NCBI GenBank assembly: GCA_037447605.1
Contig: CM074811.1
Location: 2,480,001-2,544,000 of the forward strand
DNA: 64,000 nucleotides
Source: Zygnema circumcarinatum SAG 698-1b
Taxonomy: Eukaryota; Plantae; Zygnematophyceae
Direction of reading: 5' to 3'
A program made the position numbers and the translations under genes. Each line of letters starts with the position of its first letter. Position 1 is the first letter of the stretch. The notes under the pieces were generated by a model. The model saw only the letters and a program-made list of their open reading frames with translations, was not told the origin of the DNA and did no database searches. Positions 1 through 10,948 of this stretch are shown in pieces.

Positions 1-280
1 CGCGCTTGGCGAACCGTTTTTTTTTTATCTATGATCCGATTCACAGTTCTGTTACTCGGTCGCTAAACTTCCACATGGATCCGCCTATTGGATGTTAGTG
101 CTAAGTATCATGTCGGCCGTGGCGTGCCTTGATTGGACTAAATTGGTCAAAATGATTCCCTCCAGATAGGAGCCACCGACAAGCAAATTCGCACGCAGCA
201 TTCCTGCGATTGGCGGATGCCGTGAAGATTTTTCGCCAGCTGGCGTTGACCGTTGCCTGTCGAATCCCGTTTAATGCATA

Positions 281-818
281 CAGTCAGCAATCCTCATATT
301 TTCCACCCTGTACAAGTGCGTCCCCAAGAAATTCGCCCCGATTTTGCCGAAACCACCTTTCTGTACGGTAACTTTGTGTTAGCCGTACAATTTGTACAAT
401 CCATACTACAGTAGCTGTACTAGCCGTACTAGCCGTACTAGTTGTACTAGCCGTTACGGGCTTACGCAAAACTAACACCGAATCTCCCCGCACGTGCCGC
501 CGTAAGAGGCGCTCGCTCTTCTCCCCTTCTTCTTGGCTTCGATACGAACGCTACGATATGATACGATACGATACGACCCGATACGGTATTGTCCGTACTT
601 AGCCGTTACGGTATGGTGTTACGATTTGGCTTGATACGATACGATGCTAAGCGATACAGTACGGTACGGTACACAACGGTACGGTACGAAACGTACGGTT
701 CAACATGAACTCTAACATAATACCGCCCGTCTATTGGTAACACGAACCTTGTATTTGCAAAATCAAGATTTTCGCCTCATATTTGCCAAAACCATGGCGA
801 AAATATGACTGCTGACTG
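281..818. mobile_element. pogo/Tc1-mariner-like MITE (non-autonomous), copy 1
   Basis: Left end TA|CAGTCAGCAATCCTCATATTTTCCACC at 281; degenerate inverted end GGCGAAAATATGACTGCTGACTG ending at 818. The interior (GTAC/GATAC micro-repeats) matches 45820-46412 in reverse complement. Confidence 0.6.
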
Positions 819-2084
819 GTATGGCTACGCGCCAAGGTCTGCAGGCGTCACGCCAAGAAACGACAAAGTGCGTGACGAGTCCTTCCAACAGCCAGGTCAT
901 TCCGCGCGCCGCCAGCTCTGCTACTTTGGGATCTTGCGTACGGTTTCGTACGCAAGCCCCGGCCCGGCGGAACCGGCGGGCGGTCGTTGACGTGCTTGAC
1001 CCCCTCGCGGCCCCTCTCTCTGACCGCGCGGAGGCGCCGCCACGTGGTGCGCTCCGCTCGATCGGAAATGCGAATCGGAATGTCGGTGTGGCGTACGGTA
1101 ACCGCGGCGGTCGCTTGCGTTCTTCTCGTGGCGAGGGCTGCTTGGAGGTTTCGGCTGTGGGTGGAGCGTGGAACCGCACAGGAGTTGACCCGCCGCAGGG
1201 GAGGGAGGGCTGTCCGTGACGCCGGTCTGGCGGTCTCCCCTTTTCCCACCGCACGCCGCGGGTTGCGGCGGGCAATCCGACCCTCTCTCCGCCCGCCCGC
1301 CCGCCCGCCCGCCGGGGCGGCTGCTAGAAGCTACTGTAAAACACCGAACAGGTTGAGAAAAAGGGTAGTGCTATTTCCACCCCTTTTTTGGATCCAAACA
1401 CCCCTTCCCGGCCGGGCAGATTTCAAAAGGGATTAAAAACAGAAAATGCTTTTTTCACACATTTTTGGAATCGATACCCACCTTCATCCGTCGGCTGATA
1501 TTATTTTTGCTAACCAAGGAAATGGATACCCCGTCACCGCATTTTGAATACTGTATCCCGCCTCCCTGAATTTTTTTTTTGAGGGAAAGAAATATCGGCC
1601 TGCCCGAATCCGCTCGGAGCGGAAGATCCGTCCGCCACGAGATCGTTCGCGGGTGATCGTCCTTCACACTTGTGTGTTAATCGCAGCTGTCGATTCCCTC
1701 GCAGATCGCACCACTGCAGATCACCGTTCGATCGGCTGCCGGGCTCGATCTCAGCGAATGGAAAGCGCCCACGAGTCCCGCCAAAGCCGAATCGCACGTG
1801 CGAGTGCGCGCGTCCCTCGGCCCGAGATCTCGTCATTGTCAGCTCCCCGCCAATCAATAGCTGCCACGTGCTATTTTTTGACGTGGANNNNNNNNNNACA
1901 TGATTGGTCGCGGCAACATATGACGTGACAAGTATGTTTGGGACCGTGACGTGACGAAACGAGACGCGAAAAAAGTGGAGTCCGCGGACGGCAGTCGGAA
2001 ATGGCGGGAATTAAAACTGACAGATTTTTCCTGAAACACGCTACGTTATGTGCCCTATCTTTTTCTGTCAGTTTTAGGGAGGAT

Positions 2085-4597
2085 CTGCAGGCATCCTTCA
2101 ATGAGACGCCTGGGGGCTAATAGGCAGGCAATATCCTACTGGCGGCTTCTTTATCCTTTTTCCCTCTCACAATCCTCACTCCACCCTGCTTGCATTAAAT
2201 CTAATATTAGAAAATAAAAAGCGGTCAAAAGTTGTAAAAACAATTTCTCCTTCACTTCACCTTGCCCACATTCCAGGTCAATTTTTTTGAGATCAGTTTG
2301 CAATTTTTTTGATAATAGCATACTTCACCTTTGAAGTTTTTAAAGTTACAAAGGGCGCTGCAGTTAACGTTCTACATTTGCATTTCGAAAGTTAAGACTG
2401 TTTGGATTTCAATCACAGTGTCAAATTCCTGATCGTTTAGCATTTAGCATCGAGATTTAAAAGGATTTCATAGTTGGAGGTTTGATCTTGTTCTCGTAAA
2501 CATCGCTTACCAGTTACTTGCCACTGAGAGGTCATGATAAGCAGGAATACTTTGTGAGTGAGTAATTATCTGTTAGCAATGGGGTTTCAACAGCATTTTG
2601 ATCGTCCTCATGTCTGATAAATTCTATAAGGATGCGTGCAGACTGGATTGGATAAAGGGCCACGAGGCAAAGCAGTTGCCATGCAAATACAGGTTCGCAA
2701 CCAACCGCTATGCTCAGTCTGACAGGCGTAGCTTTTCGGATTTGTTTTTTTTCGTGTGTAGAAGGTCGAATTTGGCATAAAATAGAGGCCGGAGGGCTGC
2801 AAGCATTTCGCAATAACAGCAACTTTCGAGCGTGCAATGTGGAGAGAGACAGATGGAAGGAGGTGGATGTATGGAGAGAGTTGCAGCCCATAGAAGAGTG
2901 GGAGGATGAAGAGTGTCATAGTTTCTATCTGAGATTGGTGTGGTGTTCTGGACAGCCTGGACGGTGACCAGATGGTGGTTGAAACTCATATTTTAGTTGA
3001 GGATGGTTCACTCACTTAGTCAAAGTTCTGATCTATGGATAAACTATGAGGTTCTAAAGGAAGTTTTCCAAACACATAGCCTCCCAAATACGGCTTTCCG
3101 ATGAGAATTAGCTGCTTAAAAACCAGCAGCAGCGAAGTTTTTTTATCATCCACTGTTATCTTCTTGGATTTTCTCTTCATGAACTTGCTGCGACACTATC
3201 ACAACGTCGACTGGACCTTTTGTACAACCCCACCCATAAACGTTTTCTGAAGGAGGTGTTGGGCAGGTGGAGGTTTTGAGGAAGCAGCTGGAGGTGGCTC
3301 AGGCGATGCGCCGGCCCGTCGCTGTTCACTGCGTGCGAGCCTTCGGAGCGCCGGACGAGGTCCTCAGGTGCGTCTTTGCACGAGCGCATGTCTCCCATCT
3401 CCCACTGCAGTAGGGCAAGCAGGCTTTCCAGCGATGTGGGCAGGAGGATGGATGGGTTTGGCCCAGAAAGGTGAGCAGAGAGTTTTGGGGAGTGTGCTTC
3501 AACATGCATGCTGGAACAGTATGTATCATCAAGGCCCATTCATGTTTCAGGGGAGGCAAGGAGCAGAAAGAGTGCTGTCCTATGACATTGAGCCAAACGA
3601 TCAGCATGTGGGCATTGACTTGCTGATGCAAGCAATTATATTGAGATGACATTCTTGACTATGGGCAGCCAAATTGTAGTCGTCCTTTTTTCTTCTGCTT
3701 CTTCACTCTTTTCGTCACTCATTATGTACCGGCCCCTGCATTGTCCGTTTGCCGCTCTGTTATCGTCACCTCATCTCAAATCTTGCAATTGGTCCACAAC
3801 ATAGCCTGCGTTCAGTGACTCGTTTGGTTCCCTTGTTGCCTGTTTGGATGGCTGCAGAGACATGGGCTCCTTTCCCGCACGCCTCCTTCTTCACTCTTAC
3901 AGCGGCCCAGTGGAAATGGTGAAGACTTTTGCTGAGAGAGGCGCTTACTTTTCCTTTTCGGGATTCATCCAAAATGTCCCCCCGAAGAAGGCAAAGAATG
4001 TGCTACAGGCGGTGAGGTTCCCTGCCTTACTCTCTCAAAACTTGCGTGATATATTCTTACATGGCCATTCCTTTAGCTCATCACATTCATTCTCTCAGAT
4101 ATGCACCACACAGGAAGGAGGTAACCTTAAGATAGTAATCCGTTAACCTTTGCCTCCACTACTGTAGATGCTTAGTAGTAGCAGCGACCATTTTTTGTGC
4201 TTCTATCAAACTCGGAATCGCCCCACCACCTCGTTCAATTGAAGAACTTCTGGACTCGTTCGTGTTGTCATCTGATGTTTGACACATCCACCTGTCGCCC
4301 TCACAGGTTCATGACGACCGGCTCCTTCTTGAGACGGACTGTCCGGGTGCGCTTCCAAAGGTTGAAGCAGACCACCTCCATCCGCTCCCAGGGGACCCGT
4401 CACATGCGTTTTCAACAGGAGGGCATCGACGAGCTTCTGAAGGGGAGAATGTCGAAGGCTCCGTAGGATCTATGAAGCAAGGGGAAAGGGAGGGAGAGGA
4501 AGAAATGTCACATGCAAGGAAGGAGACTCTAAACCATCCAGCTAACATTCGAGTGGTAACTCTCTCACCCTGTTTCTGTATAGCAGTTAAGCCTGTG
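2085..4597 (+). pseudogene. tatD: Partial duplicate of the TatD gene (exons 5-8 with introns; exons 2642-2692, 3267-3367, 3858-4011, 4307-4555)
   Basis: Colinear with 54059-56587, including introns. Encodes TGLDKGPRGK, VHCVRAFG, LLLHSYSG, YFSFSG, LLLETDCPG and LNHPANI. Exons 1-4 and exon 9 were not found in the window. Confidence 0.9.
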
Positions 4598-4671
4598 ATG
4601 CGCCTCCGGGCGCAGGGACTTGGCGGCGACCACGTGGGATCCCCTTGAAGACTAGCGCTGATGGTTGTTGT

Positions 4672-5331
4672 TGTCGTGAGGGGATCATGGAACTCGCAAT
4701 CGTAAAAGATAAAAAACCTTGCCATCCGACTAGACATTTTCCTTGTCCGATTTCATCGAACCTGCAATCGCAGTATTACTGCGGACAAAACTGTCGTCTG
4801 GTATGTTTAATGAACGAGTACATTTTAGAAATAGCAATCCAGCTTGAAAGTGTACTCGTTCCGGCACGCGTTCGCCTGCACCGGCGCGCCGTTCTCCGTC
4901 CGGAGGGTGGCCGCCAGAAGGATCAAGAAACGTGGCGAGATCCGATGCGGTCTTTGAAGGCAGTGCCTCTCCTCCGAATCCGGCGCCGGATCTGGTCAAG
5001 GAAGTCACTCTAACGCGGACCAATCACGAGCTGCCGACATTCGTGCGCCCGCCCCGACGCGCCGTTCTCTGTCCGCCGTTGACCTCTTCTCTGTACGGAC
5101 GGCCACGCGTGCTCGAACCGTGCGATTCGAATCTGGCAACGCCGGCGACGCGCTCCGCCAATCACAGCCTCTGCGATGTGATCGCGACATGGCCTGCCGC
5201 CTGTCGCACTTAGCCGAAAGCTTGTCGGTGGTTCCTGATTGGTTTACATCACACTGATTTTCAAACGATCGAATAGGAGCGCGCCACGTTATTCAGGATC
5301 CTTCTGGCGGCCGAGGGACTTGGCGGCGACA
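4672..5331 (-). mobile_element. Probable 3' LTR of Ty3/gypsy element 1
   Basis: 660-bp non-coding block with TGTCG...CGACA inverted termini, lying directly downstream (on -) of the integrase C-terminus. Confidence 0.55.
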
Positions 5332-7519
5332 CGTGGGGACTCCTTGACCCATAGGGTGGGTTTCCATCAGCCCGTTTCGTAACGAGCTCGTTACGGTCCA
5401 CGTAGGATGCCGTTTTCAGATGGAACGACGAGTTCCATCAGAACGCCGTTGGCCAGCGTGGCAGTCGCACGCTGGCGGATCTTTGGTAGCCACNNNNNNN
5501 NNNNNNNNNNNNNNNNNNNNNNNNNNNNNNNNNNNNNNNNNNNNNCATTGATTCGCTTCACGACCTTAAAAGGTCCTATGAAACGGGGCCACAGCTTACG
5601 TGTTCCGCCATAAGCTTTGAGTCTTAAGTTCGCCGTACTCAGCAACACCTCATCGCCTTCATTGAAGGTGAGTTGGGTACGGTGACGGTCAACATAGGCC
5701 TTTTGTCGCGACTGGGCCGCTAGCAGGGTCTGCCGTGCCCTCTGCAGCGCCTCAGACATTCGCCGGACAAAAGATCTGACTGCGGGAGGTTGAGTCCCAT
5801 CAGTCCCTCTCAGCTTCCAAGGATCGGGGGTTCTGTGGACGCCCATGTTCCACGGATCAGGGGGCTGATCCCTTGGTTGCAGGGGATTTAGAGGATGCTG
5901 GCCAAAGTTCAAGAAGAAAGGGGTGGTACCAATGGACTCCTGGAAAGCATTATTGATGGCGTACTCTGCCACTGGGAGCAGTTCGTCCCACCCATCCGGG
6001 GTAGGTCCCACATAATGCNNNNNNNNNNGACTCCGCCACGCCACGCCGCGCCACCGACCAATGTCCGTACATCCAAGGTCCTGGCCTTACAAATCGTACC
6101 ACTGATTGGCTCCACCGACATTCTGATGCCTTGCCTTGCCAAATCAGACTCTGCGCGCTATTTGCACACCCCTTAAAGACTTGTACGGTCGCCTAGACGC
6201 CCCTCCGTACAATGTGGACACTTTTGAGCACACAACTCCTTAGAACTTAGTACCAACAACTTAGTGTACAACAAGTCCTTAACTACTTTACACTAACAAC
6301 TTTGTCAACATACAACCGTGCAATCTCGTCGGCCCCAGCTGTCTTAGTAGTTGGTGCAAAATGCACCATCTTGCTGAGTCGATCGACAAAGACGAGGATG
6401 GAGTCATGCCCCCGAGGTGTCACAGGAAGATCTGTGATCAAGTCCATACCCACACTGTCCCATTTCCGAAAAGGAGGTGTGAGGGGTTGCAGCTGGCCAG
6501 GGATCCTGCCAGTGCGGGGTTTGTTTCGTTGACAAGTTGGACAAGCGAGTACATATGCTTTCGCATCCCTCGAGAGTCCAGGCCACCAGAACTCTCGGAG
6601 CAGGGCCTCACGGGTTTTGGCAACTCCCATGTGACCTCGGTACGGAGGATCATGTAGCTCACCCAGAATGAGCTGCCGTACAGTCCCGGCCTTGGGCACG
6701 ACCAACTGCTGGCCGTGGTACCAAAATCCGTCCTTAAACACCACTTTGTCCTCAGCCATTACCTTGGCTATCCAGACCAAAGATCATTTCGAAGATACCC
6801 TCCCCAATCATCTGCTCGAGGTCAAAGAGAGCAGAGGGTTGATCAAGGCCACCGGGTGGAGGGACGGCGACAAAGCATACCGAGACGAGATCAGTTGGCC
6901 GCCTCACTCGGGCTATCTCGCTCCACCAACACTCGAGTCGACGAAGCACTATCCGCCAGCAAGATGTCGAGGCTGCCTGCTCAGTGGGTCTGCTACATTC
7001 AGCCTTTCGGGCCGATAAACCCACTGGCAGTCAAACATTTGGAGGAACTCTGACCAGCATGCCTGCCGCCTAGACAAGGTCTGTTGGGTTGAGAGGAAAG
7101 TCAGCGGGCGGTGGTCAGTGACCAGCGTGACCGCCTTCGCCCCCTCCAAATAGCACCGCCATGTCCTTCCGAGGGTCGGACCATCGCTAGCAAAGTTCTG
7201 TTCTGTTGTAGAATAGTTGGCGCCACCGAATTCATTTCGGCACTTCATACGCCAAAGGTTGGCCATCCTGAAACAAGATGGCACCCAAGGCGAATCCCGA
7301 AGCATCACAAACCACTTCATAAGGCTTGGACGGGTCCGCTAAACGGAGAGTGGGTGCGGTAACAAGTGCATGGCGGACACCCTCGAATGCTTCCTGGCAT
7401 TCAGGGGTCCAGACAATGGGGACACCGGAACGTGTCAAATTAGTCAAAGGAGTAACCAACTTACTAAACCCTTGGATGAACTTACGAAAATAATTCGCAA
7501 ATCCCAAGAAAGACCTCAA
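5332..7519 (-). mobile_element. Ty3/gypsy pol remnant 1 (RT end, RNase H, integrase); frameshifted, with N gaps
   Basis: RSFLGFANYFRKFI, CDASGFALGAIL, VTDHRPLTFL, integrase zinc finger HDPPYRGHMG...CPTCQRNK, core VGMDLITDLP...VFVDRLSKMVHF, and GPFKV motif. RT-RH-INT order is diagnostic of gypsy. Confidence 0.93.
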
Positions 7520-7619
7520 NNNNNNNNNNNNNNNNNNNNNNNNNNNNNNNNNNNNNNNNNNNNNNNNNNNNNNNNNNNNNNNNNNNNNNNNNNNNNNNNN
7601 NNNNNNNNNNNNNNNNNNN

Positions 7620-8100
7620 AGACACTGCCATAATTCCTAAATAATGCCTACCTCTCACTTCCTTCTTTTTCCCACTGCCGCCTCCCTAATTCCAACACTC
7701 CCACAAAATTCTTATCTTTCTCCCTTCTCCTCCCACGCTTCTCCCTTATCCCATCATTTCTCTCCCTTCTCCTCACCTTAATCAGATCTCCCTCTTATCC
7801 TCTTATCTCCCCTTAATCGGCTTTTCCTTTCCATCTCCCATCGCTTTCTCCCTTTCCCCTCTTCTATCTCCCACGCCTTCCTCTTCTTTATCCCTCTCCC
7901 TCTCTTTATCCTCTCCCACTACATTTCCATCTCTTTTTATCCTCTCTCTCTCCCATCAGCTTCCTCTCCTCTTTCCTCCCCTCTCCTAATCGTCATTCCT
8001 CCCTCTTCCACCGCCCTCCTCCCTCTGGGTCTCCATTGCCTCTCCTCCTTCTCCCTTTCCCACTGCCTCCTCTCCTCTCCCTCTCTTCTCCCTCCTCACC
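7620..8100. repeat. CT-rich low-complexity tract
   Basis: About 480 bp of almost pure pyrimidine on +, immediately after a 100-N gap. Confidence 0.85.
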
Positions 8101-9029
8101 GCCTCAGAATCTACCAGACCGACTCTTCAAATTCCCCACGCTGAATCACACACCAACACTGTGAGTTCACCGGAGAGAGCAGCTAAAGACAGAGTAGCTC
8201 TCGCAGGGTCGCCAGCAGCAGGGTGCAACCAATGCCGGTACGCTATTGGTGACGCATGGGCCACTCGCCTTTACGCTTCCCCCGCTAACTCGCATCTCAA
8301 GATGTAGTGATCGGGAAGTTAGGGCCGCCCAATGGCGTATCGCCACGCGTCCCTCTCTCACTCGAATGGCCGTGAGGCGTATAACGACAACGCCGCCGCG
8401 CCTTCCGCTGGGCGCGCGCCGGGGCGACGCCGCATGCCGCCACAGACGCCGGGTGCACCTGCCGGATCCTACGCTGCGCGGGCGCTGGGTCCGACACCGG
8501 ATAAATTCCCGTCTGCACTCAACGCAAAGCAAACGCTGCACCAACGCGGACGCACGGGTTACGCCTAAAACGTAGTGAGATGCGTCGGGATTCCATGATC
8601 TCGGGATCATCGGGCGACGCTGAGCACGATATGTCTCAAGAGGTCATACAGATTTAACCTCGCGAACTCTCGCAGCCCGGACCTGTGACTTCTTCCCCGT
8701 CTCAGGGTTCCCCACGCTTCTTTGGCCACTGCCCGCCTCTCGTGTGTGAGAGTACTAGGACGGAGCTACGCCTCTGCGCCACCTCCCGCAGGGGCGTATC
8801 AGAAGGGCCACATTACTCCCTCGCACAGGACGCCAACGCCTCGCTCACGCCAGCTGGGTGGCAGTACTGTAGTTTCAACGGGCACGCTGGCCGAATCCTC
8901 TACGCTGGCAACCTGGTGGCTCGGGCCGATAATCCCGCCGTTCCTTCCTCAGCTTGCGCCGGGACGCAAGGAACTCCCCGCGGCCGCCTCGCCCCGCCTC
9001 CCCGGCGCTCATGCGCGCCCCAAAGATAA

Positions 9030-10948
9030 TTTGATGAGCTCCCGGCAATTGGTTGCTGCTCTCGGCTTCCCTGCAGCCGCAAGGCGTTCAACCCCTACAG
9101 CCCAAATCCTTTACTTCACGAGGTATTCGTGACGGAAGATCTACCCCTTTCTCACAGGCTATTATTGGCTTGAAATGGCTTCTTAACTTCATACTCGTTC
9201 ACCCTCAAGCTCCATCAAGGGGAGGTGGCTGGATCCTCCCATCGCTACTTAATTTTAGCAGTTCTTGGCTACGAAAAGACCGATGCACCTTCACGCTGAT
9301 GGTAAATCCAACCTCGAAATGTATATCATTGATTCGCTTTAATGCACGCAGCGTCCTATGAACGCGGGGCTACAAATTTTTACGTGGTTCGCTATAAGCT
9401 TTGAGTCTTGCTCGGCCAGACTTTACCAACACTCACGCCTCACTCAAGGTGAGTTGGGTACGCGACGGCCACATAGGCTCTTTTGTCGCGACCGCCGCGT
9501 AGCTGTGGTCTGGGCCGTGCCTCTCGCAGCGACATTAGCCGGACAAAAAGACTGGACGCGAGTGTTGAGTCCCACGCCCCTCTCTCGGCGATCTGGCTCC
9601 CTGCGGACGCCTGTTCCACTCTGACGGGGCTGGATCCCTTTGCCGCAGTGGATTTAGGAGGATGTCACTCTCAAAGTTCGTGAAGAAAGGGGTGGGTACC
9701 AATGGACCTCTCGTAAGCATTATTGATGGCGTGTGATTCAAATAATCGGGAGTGCCTTCATCTCCACCCATCCGGGTAGTCCTTACATAATGCCGAGGTA
9801 ATCCTCCAGATCCCGCCTACCCGCTCCGGCTCCCCGCCATCGCTTGCGGGTGGAAAGCTGTACTAACGCTTTGCTGTCCTAAATCTATTTGAGCACTTCC
9901 GCCTGTAAATGGCCGTGAATCAGGATCACGGTCGTATTACTGCTACTTTCATCAAGACTACGCCACCCACACTTTGTCAACATGCTACAACTGCAGTAAT
10001 CTCGCTACTGTAGTTGGTGCAAATGCACCATCTTGCCGGAAAGCCGGGACGACAAAGACGCAGGGACGGAGTCATGCCCCCAGGTGTCATGAAGACTGCG
10101 GATCAAGTCCATACCCACACCGCGCCCCATTTCCTAAAAAGGAGGTGCGGGGTCGAGCCGCCGTGGATCCTACCAAGGCGGGGTTTGTTTCACGACAAGC
10201 CGACAAGCTTGGTGCGCATACGCTGACGCCCTCGGTTCGTGCCACCGTAACTCTCGAGCAAAGGTTTCACGGGTTTGCAACTCCCCACGCGACTTCCTGG
10301 GTGATGGAGTGATCACGGAGCTTCTCACTGTAATGAGCTACGCACGCTTCCGGGCTCAAGTAACGGTACTCCTCAACCGCCAAAGGGTACCGTAATCCGC
10401 CCCAGACACCACTTTGTCCTTATACCTACTACCTTGGCCATCCAGAACAAAGGATCACAAGTATACCCCTCCCGGATCTCTCTGGCCTTCCGGAGATCGA
10501 GAAAGCAGAGGCTGGACCGCTGTCAACGTGGAGTGGATCTGGCCACAGCATACCGAGACGGAGATTCCGGGGCTGGCCGCTCCTCACCTCCGCCATCTCG
10601 CTCCACCAACACTCGAGTCGACGAAGCATCTCATCTCAGTAAAGATGCCGGTGCCTACCACTGGTTCGCTATATCCGCCTCCTCGTGCCATAAACCCATC
10701 AAGGGGCCAAACCTTTCGAGGAACTCGCACTGCACGCCGCTTTATGGGATACAGGTCTCAAGGTTGAGAGGAACGCCGGGCCGGGCGGGTGGTCGCGACT
10801 GCTGCGGACTGCTGGGCTTCTCCAAATAAGACGGCCATGTCTCGGGGAGTGTGGACTCATCAGTAGCGCTCTCAAGGTTTCATGCATTAGTTACACAATG
10901 ATTCATTTTAAGTGCTTTCATACGCTAAAGGTTGGCTATCGCGGAAGT
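9030..10948 (-). mobile_element. Ty3/gypsy (chromovirus-like) pol remnant 2 with decayed chromodomain
   Basis: Homologous to 5400-7270. The minus strand at ~9035-9230 reads EYEV...HEYLVK*KGFG...NCRELI (chromodomain with a stop and frameshifts). Cut at 10948 by a copia LTR. Confidence 0.8.

Noticed and set aside
540-700. CRISPR-like or telomeric array in the GATAC/GTAC repeats
   Set aside because: These are irregular 4-5-bp micro-repeats without unique spacers, there are no cas genes, the context is eukaryotic, and no TTTAGGG-type array is present.
763-1436. Several 130-170-aa ORFs in GC-rich sequence
   Set aside because: They overlap on both strands with no motif or splice support; function left unassigned.
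4598-5346. DIRS/Ngaro tyrosine-recombinase element suggested by split direct repeats
   Set aside because: The adjacent pol has a DDE integrase with an HHCC zinc finger; no tyrosine recombinase motif was seen.
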